Source: a virus
Lineage: Duplodnaviria > Caudoviricetes
DNA length: 55,339 nt
Strand: one strand, 5' to 3'
Virus record (IMG/VR): IMGVR_UViG_3300024261_000039
Span: 1 to 55,339 of that record
Shown here piece by piece: positions 17,764-26,988 of the stretch (positions are counted from its first letter, which is position 1; each line of letters starts with the position of its first letter). Made by a program: the position numbers and the translations under genes. A model generated the notes under the pieces. That model was not told the origin of the DNA and searched no databases. It saw only the letters and a list, made by a program, of their open reading frames with translations.

Positions 17764-18782
17764 TTTATTTCCTTGATTTTTAATTGATCTGATGGTTTTC
17801 CAATCGAGTAACAGTCTGATAGGTCGATGCCCTTATCACTCACCAAGTCTTTGTCAAGAGATCGTCTGCCCGCAACTTCATGGTATGTGATTAGGTAATC
17901 GTCTGATGCCCCAGACTTGATACCTTCTGTTCTCATATATGCTTTAATGTCTTCTATGATTTCTCCTTGTTCTCGTTTCTTCGCTTTGATTTCCTTATCA
18001 AGAGTTAACTTGCTCTTGATCAGAGGGTTGATAAAATCTGCTTGGTGATTTGAAAGTCCCGTCTTTGTGGGCATGGAGTCTGAGATGTGCTGACCGCAAC
18101 GCTGTGCGTATGGACACCACTTACAACAGCCTGACAACTTACCTTCGGTTGGCAGGTCTTCAGGTTTCTTTTCAAACGCATCACGCGCACGATTGAGTGC
18201 GTGGGTGAATACCGCTTGATCCCTCTCAACTCTGTGGAGAGTCATCTTTGAGTAGTTAGACGCTTCAACATAGATGATCCACGCCTCATCAATCGACTTG
18301 CCTAGTTGATGATTCGCTAACCCCATCTGTACCTGTACTTGCATCTTATGTGCAGGCTTAGGCAACTCACTTTGATATCGTGGGTCGATTGATTTGATTT
18401 CAAAGATCACCTCGACACGGTTGTTTTCAATGTCGTAGAAAAAGATGAAACCGTCTGGAGTTGCAGATAGGTACTGCCACTGGATCGTGGCCTGACCCTT
18501 CCCCGCATCCGTGAGAACACCTTTTCCACCCAGTGCCTCTTTCACTAAGGCAACAGTCCAATCTTCCATGGTGTTTCCACGCTCTAAGAACCCCCAACCC
18601 TGAACGAAGTCAGGGTCTTCGGGGGTCTTGTGCTTGTGATAACTCAACTGCTTGATGCAACTGAACACTTCAGATGCCCCCACCGTGGAAGATCGATCAT
18701 GCACCTTCCCCTCGTCTGTCACAAAGACTGTCTTGCGAGACGAGGCGGCTGTGTTCATCCACCCTAAGAGGTCATCAAACAT
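17760..18782 (-). CDS. Cas4-like/YqaJ PD-(D/E)XK exonuclease with Fe-S cysteines
   Basis: GASEVFSC, SATPDG, EIKS, QVQVQM, CCKWCPYAQRC. Confidence 0.85.
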   Translation of the reverse strand: MFDDLLGWMNTAASSRKTVFVTDEGKVHDRSSTVGASEVFSCIKQLSYHKHKTPEDPDFVQGWGFLERGNTMEDWTVALVKEALGGKGVLTDAGKGQATIQWQYLSATPDGFIFFYDIENNRVEVIFEIKSIDPRYQSELPKPAHKMQVQVQMGLANHQLGKSIDEAWIIYVEASNYSKMTLHRVERDQAVFTHALNRARDAFEKKPEDLPTEGKLSGCCKWCPYAQRCGQHISDSMPTKTGLSNHQADFINPLIKSKLTLDKEIKAKKREQGEIIEDIKAYMRTEGIKSGASDDYLITYHEVAGRRSLDKDLVSDKGIDLSDCYSIGKPSDQLKIKEIK

Positions 18783-19026
18783 CGGGTGCGTTCTCTCTCT
18801 TTAAGTAAAAGATAGGGTCTTCAGCGAGGTAATCGCTAGTCACCTCAATAGCTATCGTCCTCATGTGTTCGTTTGGCATGGCCTCTAAGGCCGCTGACCA
18901 TCTGACTAAAGCTGACCCAAAACCTTTACGAGTGTTGGCCGCTTTGATTAGGGCGTCCATGGCCTTAAGGACTGGAGTCCAAGCTGACTCAGGGTGAATT
19001 CCAATTGGTAAAATGTCTGCACTCAT
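18775..19026 (-). CDS. Hypothetical protein
   Basis: 83-aa ORF coupled to the exonuclease gene. Confidence 0.6.
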   Translation of the reverse strand: MSADILPIGIHPESAWTPVLKAMDALIKAANTRKGFGSALVRWSAALEAMPNEHMRTIAIEVTSDYLAEDPIFYLKRENAPDV

Positions 19027-19103
19027 GATGATATCCCCACAAATATTCCAATAATAAATAAGTAAATGGCAAAGATTGCCACTGATTCAAGTACGTCTCG
19101 CAT
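19023..19103 (-). CDS. Small membrane peptide (26 aa), first gene of the leftward operon
   Basis: Strong RBS GGGGAGGT; MRDVLESVAIFAIYLFIIGIFVGISS; stop overlaps the next ATG. Confidence 0.55.
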   Translation of the reverse strand: MRDVLESVAIFAIYLFIIGIFVGISS

Positions 19104-19132
19104 TCTACCTCCCCGCTTGTAATGTTGTGGTT

Positions 19133-19161
19133 ATAATAGCAAATGCTTATGGGTTGCACAA
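19133..19161 (-). promoter_or_regulatory. Leftward promoter (PL-like) with operator
   Basis: TTGTGC, 17 bp, TATTAT; contains CATAAGCATTTGCTAT, identical to the cro promoter. Confidence 0.75.
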
Positions 19162-19254
19162 GGAGTGTTTTAAATTTATTACAGACTACTTGCTATTGAT
19201 CTTGGGCGAATTGGTGTGATATGCTGACCGCACAATAAAAAGGGAGAACATGGG

Positions 19255-19491
19255 ATGCTAACGAAGCTGGATGTACTGAATGCGCTTGAGGCGAAAGGAT
19301 ACAAAGGAGTAAAGCTGTATAGAATGGGAGATGGAGACAAAGCGATTTGGGTATTCCAGTACCCGAAGATTCACGTAATGTACGCGAGGGTGCTTACTCC
19401 TTATATAAGTGATCTGACTTTAGAAGTCTGGTTAAACGAGTTTGATATGATGTTGGAAGAAACTTCAATGATGAAGATCGGTGCGCTTTGA
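19255..19491 (+). CDS. Hypothetical protein (moron-like island)
   Basis: RBS AGGGAG; own candidate promoter TTGATC-18-TATGCT (19196-19225). Confidence 0.6.
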   Translation: MLTKLDVLNALEAKGYKGVKLYRMGDGDKAIWVFQYPKIHVMYARVLTPYISDLTLEVWLNEFDMMLEETSMMKIGAL

Positions 19492-19637
19492 AGGGGTGTA
19501 CATTATGCCTCGCCAAGTTTAGTGAAGACGAGGGTTTACTGGAAGGTTATATTGGTATGTTACCCGTGTGCTTTTGTCCAACGTGCCTGTCTGGCTTGTT
19601 GGACATGGCGGATCAGATGAGAGAGGGTGAAGAATAA
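19488..19637 (+). CDS. Small Cys-rich putative zinc-binding protein (not in ORF track)
   Basis: TTG start overlaps the previous stop; MKGCTLC...GYIGMLPVCFCPTCLSGLLDMA. Confidence 0.5.
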   Translation: MKGCTLCLAKFSEDEGLLEGYIGMLPVCFCPTCLSGLLDMADQMREGEE

Positions 19638-19707
19638 CATGGCGAATGTTGGGGGTTTTTCCCCTAACATTTACAAGGTATGTTTAAACGTACGTTTAAA
19701 CGTACGT

Positions 19708-20346
19708 TTACTTCCCCTTAACGAACTGCCGCTGATAGAACATGACTGTTCCAAGAATGTCTTGATCAGTCTTCTGGACTAAAGGGAACTGGATGTTTGA
19801 AGGTTGGAAATACTGAACTCCCCCTTCAGTGACGAGGCGTCTGACCGTGGCTGTTGGGGCATCGGCCTCACGATACACAACAATGTCTCCATTCTCTGGT
19901 CGATGTCGTGGAGATACAGTGATGTACCCACCAACGGGAAGTTCGGGAGACATCACCTCACTTAGAATCTCCAAAGCAAAACAGGTCTTAGCGCAATCCC
20001 ATGCCGCAGGTATCAAGGTGAGTGGCCTGTCCATTCCAAGCGGGGCGTCTTCCCACGAAACCACAGGTATATAATGTTGTGATGCGACAGGGGGAGCATC
20101 TCTGATTGCAGGGTGGTCTTCGGGTAGCGTGGATAACCAACCTTCTGGCAAATTTAACCGCGCCTCAAACTTACTGGCTGATCTCTCGCCCATGTTTCTC
20201 AGTCCATTGACCAACTGGTAGACGTACCCTGTCGATACCCCCATGGCCTTGGCTATCTGTCCTTGACTACCGTACTTGTTAACAACTTCTATGAAGTTCA
20301 ACTTACGAATTTCTGCTACATCTACTGACATTGCTCGTCCCACCAA
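19708..20346 (-). CDS. cI: CI-like repressor (HTH plus degenerate S24 domain)
   Basis: QGQIAKAMGVSTGYVYQL HTH, LNLPEGWL, C-terminal FALEI...P.NGDIVV...QPSNIQFP S24 fold; divergent from cro. Confidence 0.9.
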   Translation of the reverse strand: MVGRAMSVDVAEIRKLNFIEVVNKYGSQGQIAKAMGVSTGYVYQLVNGLRNMGERSASKFEARLNLPEGWLSTLPEDHPAIRDAPPVASQHYIPVVSWEDAPLGMDRPLTLIPAAWDCAKTCFALEILSEVMSPELPVGGYITVSPRHRPENGDIVVYREADAPTATVRRLVTEGGVQYFQPSNIQFPLVQKTDQDILGTVMFYQRQFVKGK

Positions 20347-20508
20347 CCAAGAAAAAAATCTGGATTATATATGAAGTTACGGGGTGTGTCATATAACACA
20401 AGTACAGTCGGGCATATGCCACACCCTGCTATCTATAGCTTATGCTAAGTTATACCCCCCTCAACAACAGCAGTCAACCCTGATTGTGAGATAAATGTGA
20501 CAAATAAC

Positions 20509-20537
20509 TTGTGAGAGTCATAAGCATTTGCTATGAT
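20509..20537 (+). promoter_or_regulatory. Rightward promoter (PR-like) with operator
   Basis: TTGTGA, 17 bp, TATGAT; operator CATAAGCATTTGCTAT at 20519-34. Confidence 0.75.
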
Positions 20538-20543
20538 TAGAGC

Positions 20544-20765
20544 ATGGAATATAAAAAATACTATGCGACCCTCGGCAGGGAGCAGAAGAAACAACTAGCC
20601 GACAAGTTACACACATCCCCTGAATACCTAGCCCAATTGAATAGTGGTATGAGGTACGCAGGTTTGAAAATTGTGCGGGCCATCGAACCCGCCACAGACG
20701 GGGTCGTGGAAATGCATGAACTACCTCTCAAGCCACTACCTTCTTCAATGGTCGTGTCGTTCTAA
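20544..20765 (+). CDS. cro: Cro-like HTH regulator
   Basis: QLADKLHTSPEYLAQL...AIEPATDGVV...EL.P; divergent from cI. Confidence 0.85.
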   Translation: MEYKKYYATLGREQKKQLADKLHTSPEYLAQLNSGMRYAGLKIVRAIEPATDGVVEMHELPLKPLPSSMVVSF

Positions 20766-20790
20766 CTCAAGTGCTGATTGAGTCCCTATA

Positions 20791-20817
20791 AGCCTCCCTT
20801 GCGGAGGCTCTTTTTTT
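20791..20817 (+). terminator. Intrinsic terminator after cro
   Basis: AGCCTCC-CTTGC-GGAGGCT followed by a T-run. Confidence 0.8.
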
Positions 20818-20845
20818 GACGGCATGACTAACGGAGGCGTCATCT

Positions 20846-23215
20846 ATGTCTGAGAATAACGTAGCAGTATTGAACAATCTAGCAAGCCTTGCCCACCAAC
20901 TCGATGATGCTCCTGAGAAAGAGGGTGACTCATTCTTAGTTCATTGTGTTGCCCATGAAGACACGCACCGCAGTCTTCTGCTCAGTGAGGGGGCAACGGG
21001 CAAGACGATTGTGTATTGCAGGGCAGGGTGTACTCAAACTAAGGTAATCGCAGAACTTAGAGACCGTGGATTGTGGAGAGCGTCACCTCGTCCCGTGGTG
21101 GTGTCGGTTCTATACCATTATATAGACGAGTATGGACGAGAGTTCATGACTAAACGCAAGACTCCCAAGACTACGGTGAACGGTAAGAATAACTACGCCA
21201 TTGGCGTAGTGGATGATGGTAAGTTTAAACCCAGTGGTAAGCCAGAAGGTACACCCCCTCTCTATGGGTTGGTCAGTCTTCTTGAGGGGGGAAGGGAGTC
21301 TGAATTTGTTTGTGTCGTGGAAGGTGAGAAGGATGTTGACACGATTGTTGACCGTGGTGGCGTTGCAGTTTGCAACTATGACGGGGCGGGCAAATGGAGC
21401 GATGAGTATACTAATGTCCTGAGAGGCCATCGGGTTCTGATCATCCCTGACAACGACAGAGCAGGTCGAGACCACGCTAACATGGTTGGTAAGAAGTTAG
21501 ATGAGGCGGGTATTGATGTCAAAGTCTGGTATATCGAGGATATCGAAGAGAAGGGTGATGTAACAGATTGGTTTGAGAATCATAGTGGTACTTGGGAAAA
21601 GCTGAGAGAGGCTTATAGACTCTGTAGTTCTTTTGATGCATCGGACGATGGGTCACCGTGGACAGATCGGATGTTGGTCACGGAGCGAGGTGGGTTTGAG
21701 CGTGTGTTGTATAACGTAAAGCTGATGCTTGAGAATTCTCCTAAGACCAAGGGTGTCCTGAAGTATAACGAATTCCAACAGCGGTCTGAGGTAGCGAACT
21801 CTGTGCCATGGAGACGGGCAGATCATGACTTAGCGATCACAGACTACGATACGTTAGAGATGACGTCCTATATGAATGAAGGTGGCCTGATGGTCAGCAA
21901 GGCCATGGTGGATCAGGGTGCTGAAGTCATTTCTAAAAAAAGAGATAACCGCTATGACCCCTTAAAAGACTATTTATCGGTCTTAAATTGGGACGGTGTG
22001 GGTCGTGTCGATAGGTGGCTCAAGGAAATTGGGGCAACGTCTGACGAGGAATATTGCAAGCGTGTCGGTGCGGCATGGTTAATTGCAGGCGTGGCCCGTG
22101 GATTAAACAGTGATGGTGTGAAGGCCGATCAGATGTTAATTCTTGAGGGCGATCAAGGCATCAGGAAATCAACGTGTGCCAAGGCTCTGTGTCCCGTAGA
22201 TGAGTGGTTTACGGACAGCGTTAACACCTTTGAAGACAACGATACGATACTGAAGATGCAGGGCAAATGGATCATCGAGATTCCAGAACTTGCGGCATTT
22301 AGTAAGACTCAAATCAACCAACAGAAAGCATTCCTCAGTCGTACACACGACACAATGCGTCTGGCCTACGCTCGGTTTGATTCGACATTCCCTAGACGCT
22401 GTATTTTTATCGGCTCTCATAACCCTGAAGGTGATGGGGGCTATCTGAATGACTCGTCAGGAAGTCGTAGAGTTCTGCCAGTGAGCATGGGCGGTGACAT
22501 CAACATCGAGTGGTTGGAAAAGAACAGGGATCAGCTATGGGCAGAGGCTTGTGTTCGCTACAAATCAGGAGAGAAATGGTGGTTCGATGCAGACGATGCA
22601 ATCAATCAGCAGGTTCTGGACGAGCAGACTGCGAGGTATAAAGAGCATGAGATCATGGAAGAAGTGAGGCACTTCTTGACACACAGACCTGTGAACATTG
22701 GTGGTGTTATAGAGTGGACGGAACGTGATGAACCTGACTTAGTATTCTTCCCTAAAGTCTTTTGGGAATCTATGTACGGGGAAGATTATGCGACTAAATG
22801 TCCGAAGCATACTAAGGATGGTATGGCTAGGGGGATGCGTATTCGTAAGTGGAAGAAGGGCAAATACTACTGCAAAATCACCAAGACTACGAAGGGTGGG
22901 TGGCGTGAGACTGATGATTCTGAGGGGTTTGAAAATGTAAAAGGTGAGGTTTCCAATAAACCCACAGCAAATGCTAGTGAAAAAGATGGCAAAAACCCTC
23001 ACTCTGCTTTTTCGGAAAATAGGGGTGAGGTCGATTTACCCACAGCAAATGCTAGGGGTGATGGTGGTCGTGGTAGTACACCTCCCCCTAAAGTCGAGGT
23101 GAGGTCGGAGAAAGGTGAGGAAAATGGGGAGGTCGTGGAGTCAGTAATGGCGGGGTCTGTAGAGGTATCTCCCCTTTCTCACCCTACTACTACAAAGAGT
23201 ATATTTGACAGGTAA
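20846..23215 (+). CDS. Primase-helicase (Zn finger + TOPRIM + VapE/VirE P-loop ATPase)
   Basis: CVAHED...CRAGC, VVEGEKDV, PDND..G, KGDVTDW, LEGDQGIRKST, WIIEIPEL, GSRR, RDQLWAEA. Confidence 0.92.
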   Translation: MSENNVAVLNNLASLAHQLDDAPEKEGDSFLVHCVAHEDTHRSLLLSEGATGKTIVYCRAGCTQTKVIAELRDRGLWRASPRPVVVSVLYHYIDEYGREFMTKRKTPKTTVNGKNNYAIGVVDDGKFKPSGKPEGTPPLYGLVSLLEGGRESEFVCVVEGEKDVDTIVDRGGVAVCNYDGAGKWSDEYTNVLRGHRVLIIPDNDRAGRDHANMVGKKLDEAGIDVKVWYIEDIEEKGDVTDWFENHSGTWEKLREAYRLCSSFDASDDGSPWTDRMLVTERGGFERVLYNVKLMLENSPKTKGVLKYNEFQQRSEVANSVPWRRADHDLAITDYDTLEMTSYMNEGGLMVSKAMVDQGAEVISKKRDNRYDPLKDYLSVLNWDGVGRVDRWLKEIGATSDEEYCKRVGAAWLIAGVARGLNSDGVKADQMLILEGDQGIRKSTCAKALCPVDEWFTDSVNTFEDNDTILKMQGKWIIEIPELAAFSKTQINQQKAFLSRTHDTMRLAYARFDSTFPRRCIFIGSHNPEGDGGYLNDSSGSRRVLPVSMGGDINIEWLEKNRDQLWAEACVRYKSGEKWWFDADDAINQQVLDEQTARYKEHEIMEEVRHFLTHRPVNIGGVIEWTERDEPDLVFFPKVFWESMYGEDYATKCPKHTKDGMARGMRIRKWKKGKYYCKITKTTKGGWRETDDSEGFENVKGEVSNKPTANASEKDGKNPHSAFSENRGEVDLPTANARGDGGRGSTPPPKVEVRSEKGEENGEVVESVMAGSVEVSPLSHPTTTKSIFDR

Positions 23216-23323
23216 AGATGACCAATAATAAAAAGCGTAGTATGGAGAAGAGTGTTGCCACTTTTGGAGTGAGAAAGGTGAGGTCTTGGATCGGGTCAAA
23301 AAATGTACCTCCCCTTTCTCACC
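22940..23323. repeat. Iteron-like repeat cluster, putative replication origin
   Basis: ACCCACAGCAAATGCTAG x2 (22960, 23038), GAGAAAGGTGAGG x2 (23108, 23271), CTCCCCTTTCTCACC x2 (23169, 23309), multiple GGTGAGG. Confidence 0.55.
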
Positions 23324-25059
23324 TTGTTTCTGGCGAAACTTTACTTCGGGATTTGGGTGAGTGGATGAGGGGTTTTGAGGGGGTCTTTGGACTCGACCTT
23401 GAGACCACGGATTTGAGTGGTCGATGGGCATCAGGTGGTCGGGTTCGACTGCTTCAGATTTACCGTGGGGATATCGATCAGGGTATTGTTATTGATGTTG
23501 GTGAGTGCGGTCTTGAACCTTTTAAAGAGGTCATGGAAGGTCATGTGTATGTTGCTCACAATGCAGTGTTTGAGCAGACATGGTTCGTAGATGCTGATAT
23601 ACACATAGAAGTTCACGACACAATGCTTGCGTACTCGGCTATGGTGGGTGGTGTCATGAGTTTGAATGATATGAGTAAGCGACTACTCGGTGTCGAACTT
23701 GATAAGTCATTTCAGAAAGGTGGGTGGAGCCGCGAGGAATTATCTGATGGGCAAATTGGTTATGCCTTTACCGATGCATGGGTGGTGTCAGAGATATGGG
23801 ATTTAGTTTCCACGGAGATGGATCAGAAAGATTGTCGGTCAGGATATGAGGTTTTACTCGGTGCTGTACCCATGGTGGTTGAAATGCAACTCCACGGATT
23901 TACTTTCGATGTTGACTCCCACGCCCAGTTCATAGCGAAGTTTCAGAAAGGGTATGAGACTGCTGAATCCTACCTCAGATGGAAGGTCGGTGACGATGTT
24001 GAGAATTGGGGATCGGTGCGTCAGATTGACGTATGGTTTGAGCAGAAATTAGCTGATCTTCCACGGGAAGAAAGACGGAAAGTTTATCGTTGGCCCAAGA
24101 CCCCCAAAGGTATGCGTTCCTATGGCTCAGTGGCCCTCAGTGAGGCGATAAGCAAGGGACTAGTGCCACAGTCTTTGGTCAAGATTTTCAGGGCTTATAC
24201 GGTACGACAGAAGAGGGCAAAAATCATCAGTTCTTTTGGTGAATCTCTGCTTGGAAGAGTATATGACGGCAGGATCAAAGGGAACTTCTCAATCTCACGT
24301 GCCAAGACAGGACGTATGTCTAGCGACAAGCCCAACTTCCAGAACTTTCCTAATGGGAAATTTCGTGATCTGTTTGTTGCATCGAAAGGCCATCAGCTTG
24401 TCATCTGTGACTACTCTCAGATAGAGGTGAGATGCCTTGGTGAGATGGCAGATGAGGATGTGTTCCGTGAAATCTTTAAGTCTGGTGGTGATTTCCATTA
24501 CAACACAGCATCGGCAATGTTTAATAAGAGGGTCGAAAATGTAACGAAAGAGGAAAGGCGTAGTGCAAAGGCGTTATCTTTTGGCATTCAATATGGAATG
24601 GGTTCTGCGTCCATAGCTAGAGCATTGGGTGTTGGTATAACAGAGGCTGAAGAGTACTTACAAGCTTGGCTAGATAAGTACCCAAAGGTAAGAGTATGGC
24701 GAGAGAAGGCCATGACTCTGAACCAGACGGGTCAACCAATCAGGACAGCAGGGGGAAGGTTGATATCTGGTACGTCTAAGTTTGTCCCTGCTCAGTTAGT
24801 GAATTTCCCAGTTCAGGGATCGGCAGGGGATGTGCTTTACAACGCTATGAGACGAGTGATGGTGGACAAAGACGCAGATGTGAAAGCGTTATCTGTTGTC
24901 CACGATGAGATAATTTTAGAGTGTCCCACCGATCAGGTCGAGGACACAAAGAAGATGTTAGAAAGTGCGATGGCACAGGGGTATCTTGATGTATTCCCTG
25001 ACGCTGACATAACGGGCATCGTTGATGCAGAATCTGGTGATAATTGGGGAGCGAAGTAA
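23218..25059 (+). CDS. polA: Family A DNA polymerase with 3'-5' exonuclease
   Basis: DLETT, AHNAVFE, YAFTDA; TGRMSSDKPNFQN, DYSQIEVR, RRSAKALSFGIQYG, VHDEI. Confidence 0.97.
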   Translation: MTNNKKRSMEKSVATFGVRKVRSWIGSKNVPPLSHLVSGETLLRDLGEWMRGFEGVFGLDLETTDLSGRWASGGRVRLLQIYRGDIDQGIVIDVGECGLEPFKEVMEGHVYVAHNAVFEQTWFVDADIHIEVHDTMLAYSAMVGGVMSLNDMSKRLLGVELDKSFQKGGWSREELSDGQIGYAFTDAWVVSEIWDLVSTEMDQKDCRSGYEVLLGAVPMVVEMQLHGFTFDVDSHAQFIAKFQKGYETAESYLRWKVGDDVENWGSVRQIDVWFEQKLADLPREERRKVYRWPKTPKGMRSYGSVALSEAISKGLVPQSLVKIFRAYTVRQKRAKIISSFGESLLGRVYDGRIKGNFSISRAKTGRMSSDKPNFQNFPNGKFRDLFVASKGHQLVICDYSQIEVRCLGEMADEDVFREIFKSGGDFHYNTASAMFNKRVENVTKEERRSAKALSFGIQYGMGSASIARALGVGITEAEEYLQAWLDKYPKVRVWREKAMTLNQTGQPIRTAGGRLISGTSKFVPAQLVNFPVQGSAGDVLYNAMRRVMVDKDADVKALSVVHDEIILECPTDQVEDTKKMLESAMAQGYLDVFPDADITGIVDAESGDNWGAK

Positions 25060-25547
25060 TGAATAATATGGTTGAGAGAGTGGTCGATTGGAACCTTATA
25101 GCAGGTAATTACAGAGGTGATCTTGAACATCCACCGTGGACATCAGTCTGGCGTCAGTACGGGTTACTCCGTGAAGAGTTCAACGAGACAGGTGTCGCAT
25201 TAGACGAGCGTGATATATCAGAGGTTGTAGATGGGGCCGTTGATTGCATGGTCGTGTGTATCGGACTCATGAATAGACTAGGTTTGAGCAAAGACCAAGT
25301 GAACTCCGCCATTGACGAGGTGCTGAGTTCAAATGAAAGTAAATTCACAACAGACAAACGGGTTGCTCTTGAATCTGCTGATCGCTATATCAGGGCAGGG
25401 GTGGCAGTCGAGGTTAGTAAGTCCTCGCCTTATATTCTAAAAGTTTCGGGTGGTTCTAATCCTGAGTATCCCATAGGTAAAATTCTGAAGGTGGATTCTT
25501 ACGTCAAACCTGACCTTGAGTCTGCCCTTAGTGAGGAAAGCTATTGA
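25059..25547 (+). CDS. MazG-like/PRA-PH nucleoside triphosphate pyrophosphohydrolase
   Basis: LREEFNE...EVVDGAVD...V..SNESK...GKILK...Y.KPDL; ATG at 25059 with RBS GGGGAG. Confidence 0.8.
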   Translation: MNNMVERVVDWNLIAGNYRGDLEHPPWTSVWRQYGLLREEFNETGVALDERDISEVVDGAVDCMVVCIGLMNRLGLSKDQVNSAIDEVLSSNESKFTTDKRVALESADRYIRAGVAVEVSKSSPYILKVSGGSNPEYPIGKILKVDSYVKPDLESALSEESY

Positions 25548-25744
25548 GGATCAAGACAGGTGATTACGAGATTAAATTTTACGACAGGTACGGGGCCAAA
25601 GTGAAAACCACACGTAAAGCATCAGCGTCCAGTTACACATCAGCGATTTTGAAAGGTAGAAAATTCATTGGTATCCACGGCCTTAACTCTTTTAGAGTAG
25701 ATCGCCTGATCTATAACTCGTTAGATAAGAGAGGGTTCTTTTGA
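25544..25744 (+). CDS. Hypothetical protein
   Basis: Coupled 66-aa ORF with RBS GAGGA. Confidence 0.5.
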   Translation: MRIKTGDYEIKFYDRYGAKVKTTRKASASSYTSAILKGRKFIGIHGLNSFRVDRLIYNSLDKRGFF

Positions 25745-25865
25745 AAGAGTGGCTGAACAAGTGGATAGGTTGGGGTCGTGATGACCATCGATGTCAGGGG
25801 TTTATCGTCTCCCCACGGGAAGGTATTAAAACTTGCACAACTTGTGGCAAGATGACGCCCCTATC

Positions 25866-26027
25866 TCAAGTGTAATTATCGTAGAGTGCAAGGTACTCAA
25901 GATATTGAAGATACTCGTTTAACTTGTCTTGGTGCAGTCGTTTGAATCCTAAACACCACTCACACTGATATTTGTGGGTAGTGTCACGGGCTAGGCCCGT
26001 GCCTTTGCAGGGTGGGCAGGGCGTCAT
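25866..26027 (-). CDS. Small DnaJ-type zinc-finger-like protein (53 aa, not in ORF track)
   Basis: MTPCPPCKGTG...CEWCLG; ATG overlaps the upstream stop. Confidence 0.55.
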   Translation of the reverse strand: MTPCPPCKGTGLARDTTHKYQCEWCLGFKRLHQDKLNEYLQYLEYLALYDNYT

Positions 26028-26350
26028 CAATGGACTGTCCTGTACGGATTTGAGTTTATAAACTCAAAGTTTACATTCAACTCCTCATCACTAAAGTCAT
26101 ACGCTATCTTCTCGACAAGAGTCTCGACAATCTCTGACCATTGGCCTACATCAGCTTCAGCGGTCAGTAGGCTAAACAATCCACAACCTACCAACACCTC
26201 ACTCAACTTAGACACAGTGACATCATCGTCACCATGCCGTTGCGATAGTAACCTCAACGCTCTGAGAAATGTGTTGACCGCATCTTCCCTGAGTTGAGTG
26301 TCCTTATCTCTAAGGGTATTCAACTCTTCCTGAGTTAATTTTTTATCCAT
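26027..26350 (-). CDS. Hypothetical protein
   Basis: ORF coupled within the leftward early operon (MDKKLTQEE...). Confidence 0.6.
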   Translation of the reverse strand: MDKKLTQEELNTLRDKDTQLREDAVNTFLRALRLLSQRHGDDDVTVSKLSEVLVGCGLFSLLTAEADVGQWSEIVETLVEKIAYDFSDEELNVNFEFINSNPYRTVH

Positions 26351-26567
26351 GGCTAAGTTTACCACCGAACACCCCAGAATAAATGTTGAGAGTGTAGCGA
26401 GGTTCCCGATGGTTCACTATCCTAAACTCTCGTATGTCTGCATCCACAACCCCCCTCAGAAACTTAGTTGCTTTCCGATGACTGTTGAACTCAGCCAACC
26501 CCATCCATCTGTTGCCCACTTTTTCTTCCACGATCAACCATCGCTTAAACGAATGTAGTCTGCTCAT
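26343..26567 (-). CDS. Hypothetical protein
   Basis: Start re-assigned to the ATG after the GGGAGAGTGAG leader. Confidence 0.55.
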   Translation of the reverse strand: MSRLHSFKRWLIVEEKVGNRWMGLAEFNSHRKATKFLRGVVDADIREFRIVNHREPRYTLNIYSGVFGGKLSHG

Positions 26568-26568
26568 C

Positions 26569-26988
26569 TCACTCTCCCTCTGCCAACTCAAAGTTAATCT
26601 CAACACGACCCACGCCCGTGTAGTCCCGATTCGATGATCCATCTAGGGGGTAGCTAATGTCGTAAGTGCCTCCCTGATCACAAGCCAGAACTACAGGTAC
26701 TTCAGGGTCGAACTGTTGTAGTTCTTTGATTAAGTCTTTCACTTTAAAATAGGGGTACGGTGATAAACCTACTAAGCGTCTCACCTCTGCCAATTTGTCA
26801 TCAGGGTAACCCTTAACTTTGGCTAGTAATTTCTCCATACCCTCAACCCCACTACCACAAGCACCACCACTAAGGGTTGCTTCAAAATCCCATCGGGCCA
26901 TTTCCATAACCTCGTTTAGAGGGACTTGCTTGACGTACTCGTCAGCAAAGTCCTTAAAGCATTTATGTGTTCTTTCTTTTTCAGTCAT
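26569..26988 (-). CDS. Hypothetical protein
   Basis: 139 aa; C-terminal KVKDLIKELQQFDPEVPV motif common in small phage proteins. Confidence 0.65.
   Translation of the reverse strand: MTEKERTHKCFKDFADEYVKQVPLNEVMEMARWDFEATLSGGACGSGVEGMEKLLAKVKGYPDDKLAEVRRLVGLSPYPYFKVKDLIKELQQFDPEVPVVLACDQGGTYDISYPLDGSSNRDYTGVGRVEINFELAEGE

Noticed and set aside
17760-18782. Cas4-like gene as part of a CRISPR system
   Set aside because: No repeat-spacer array or other cas genes; it sits in a standard phage recombination module.
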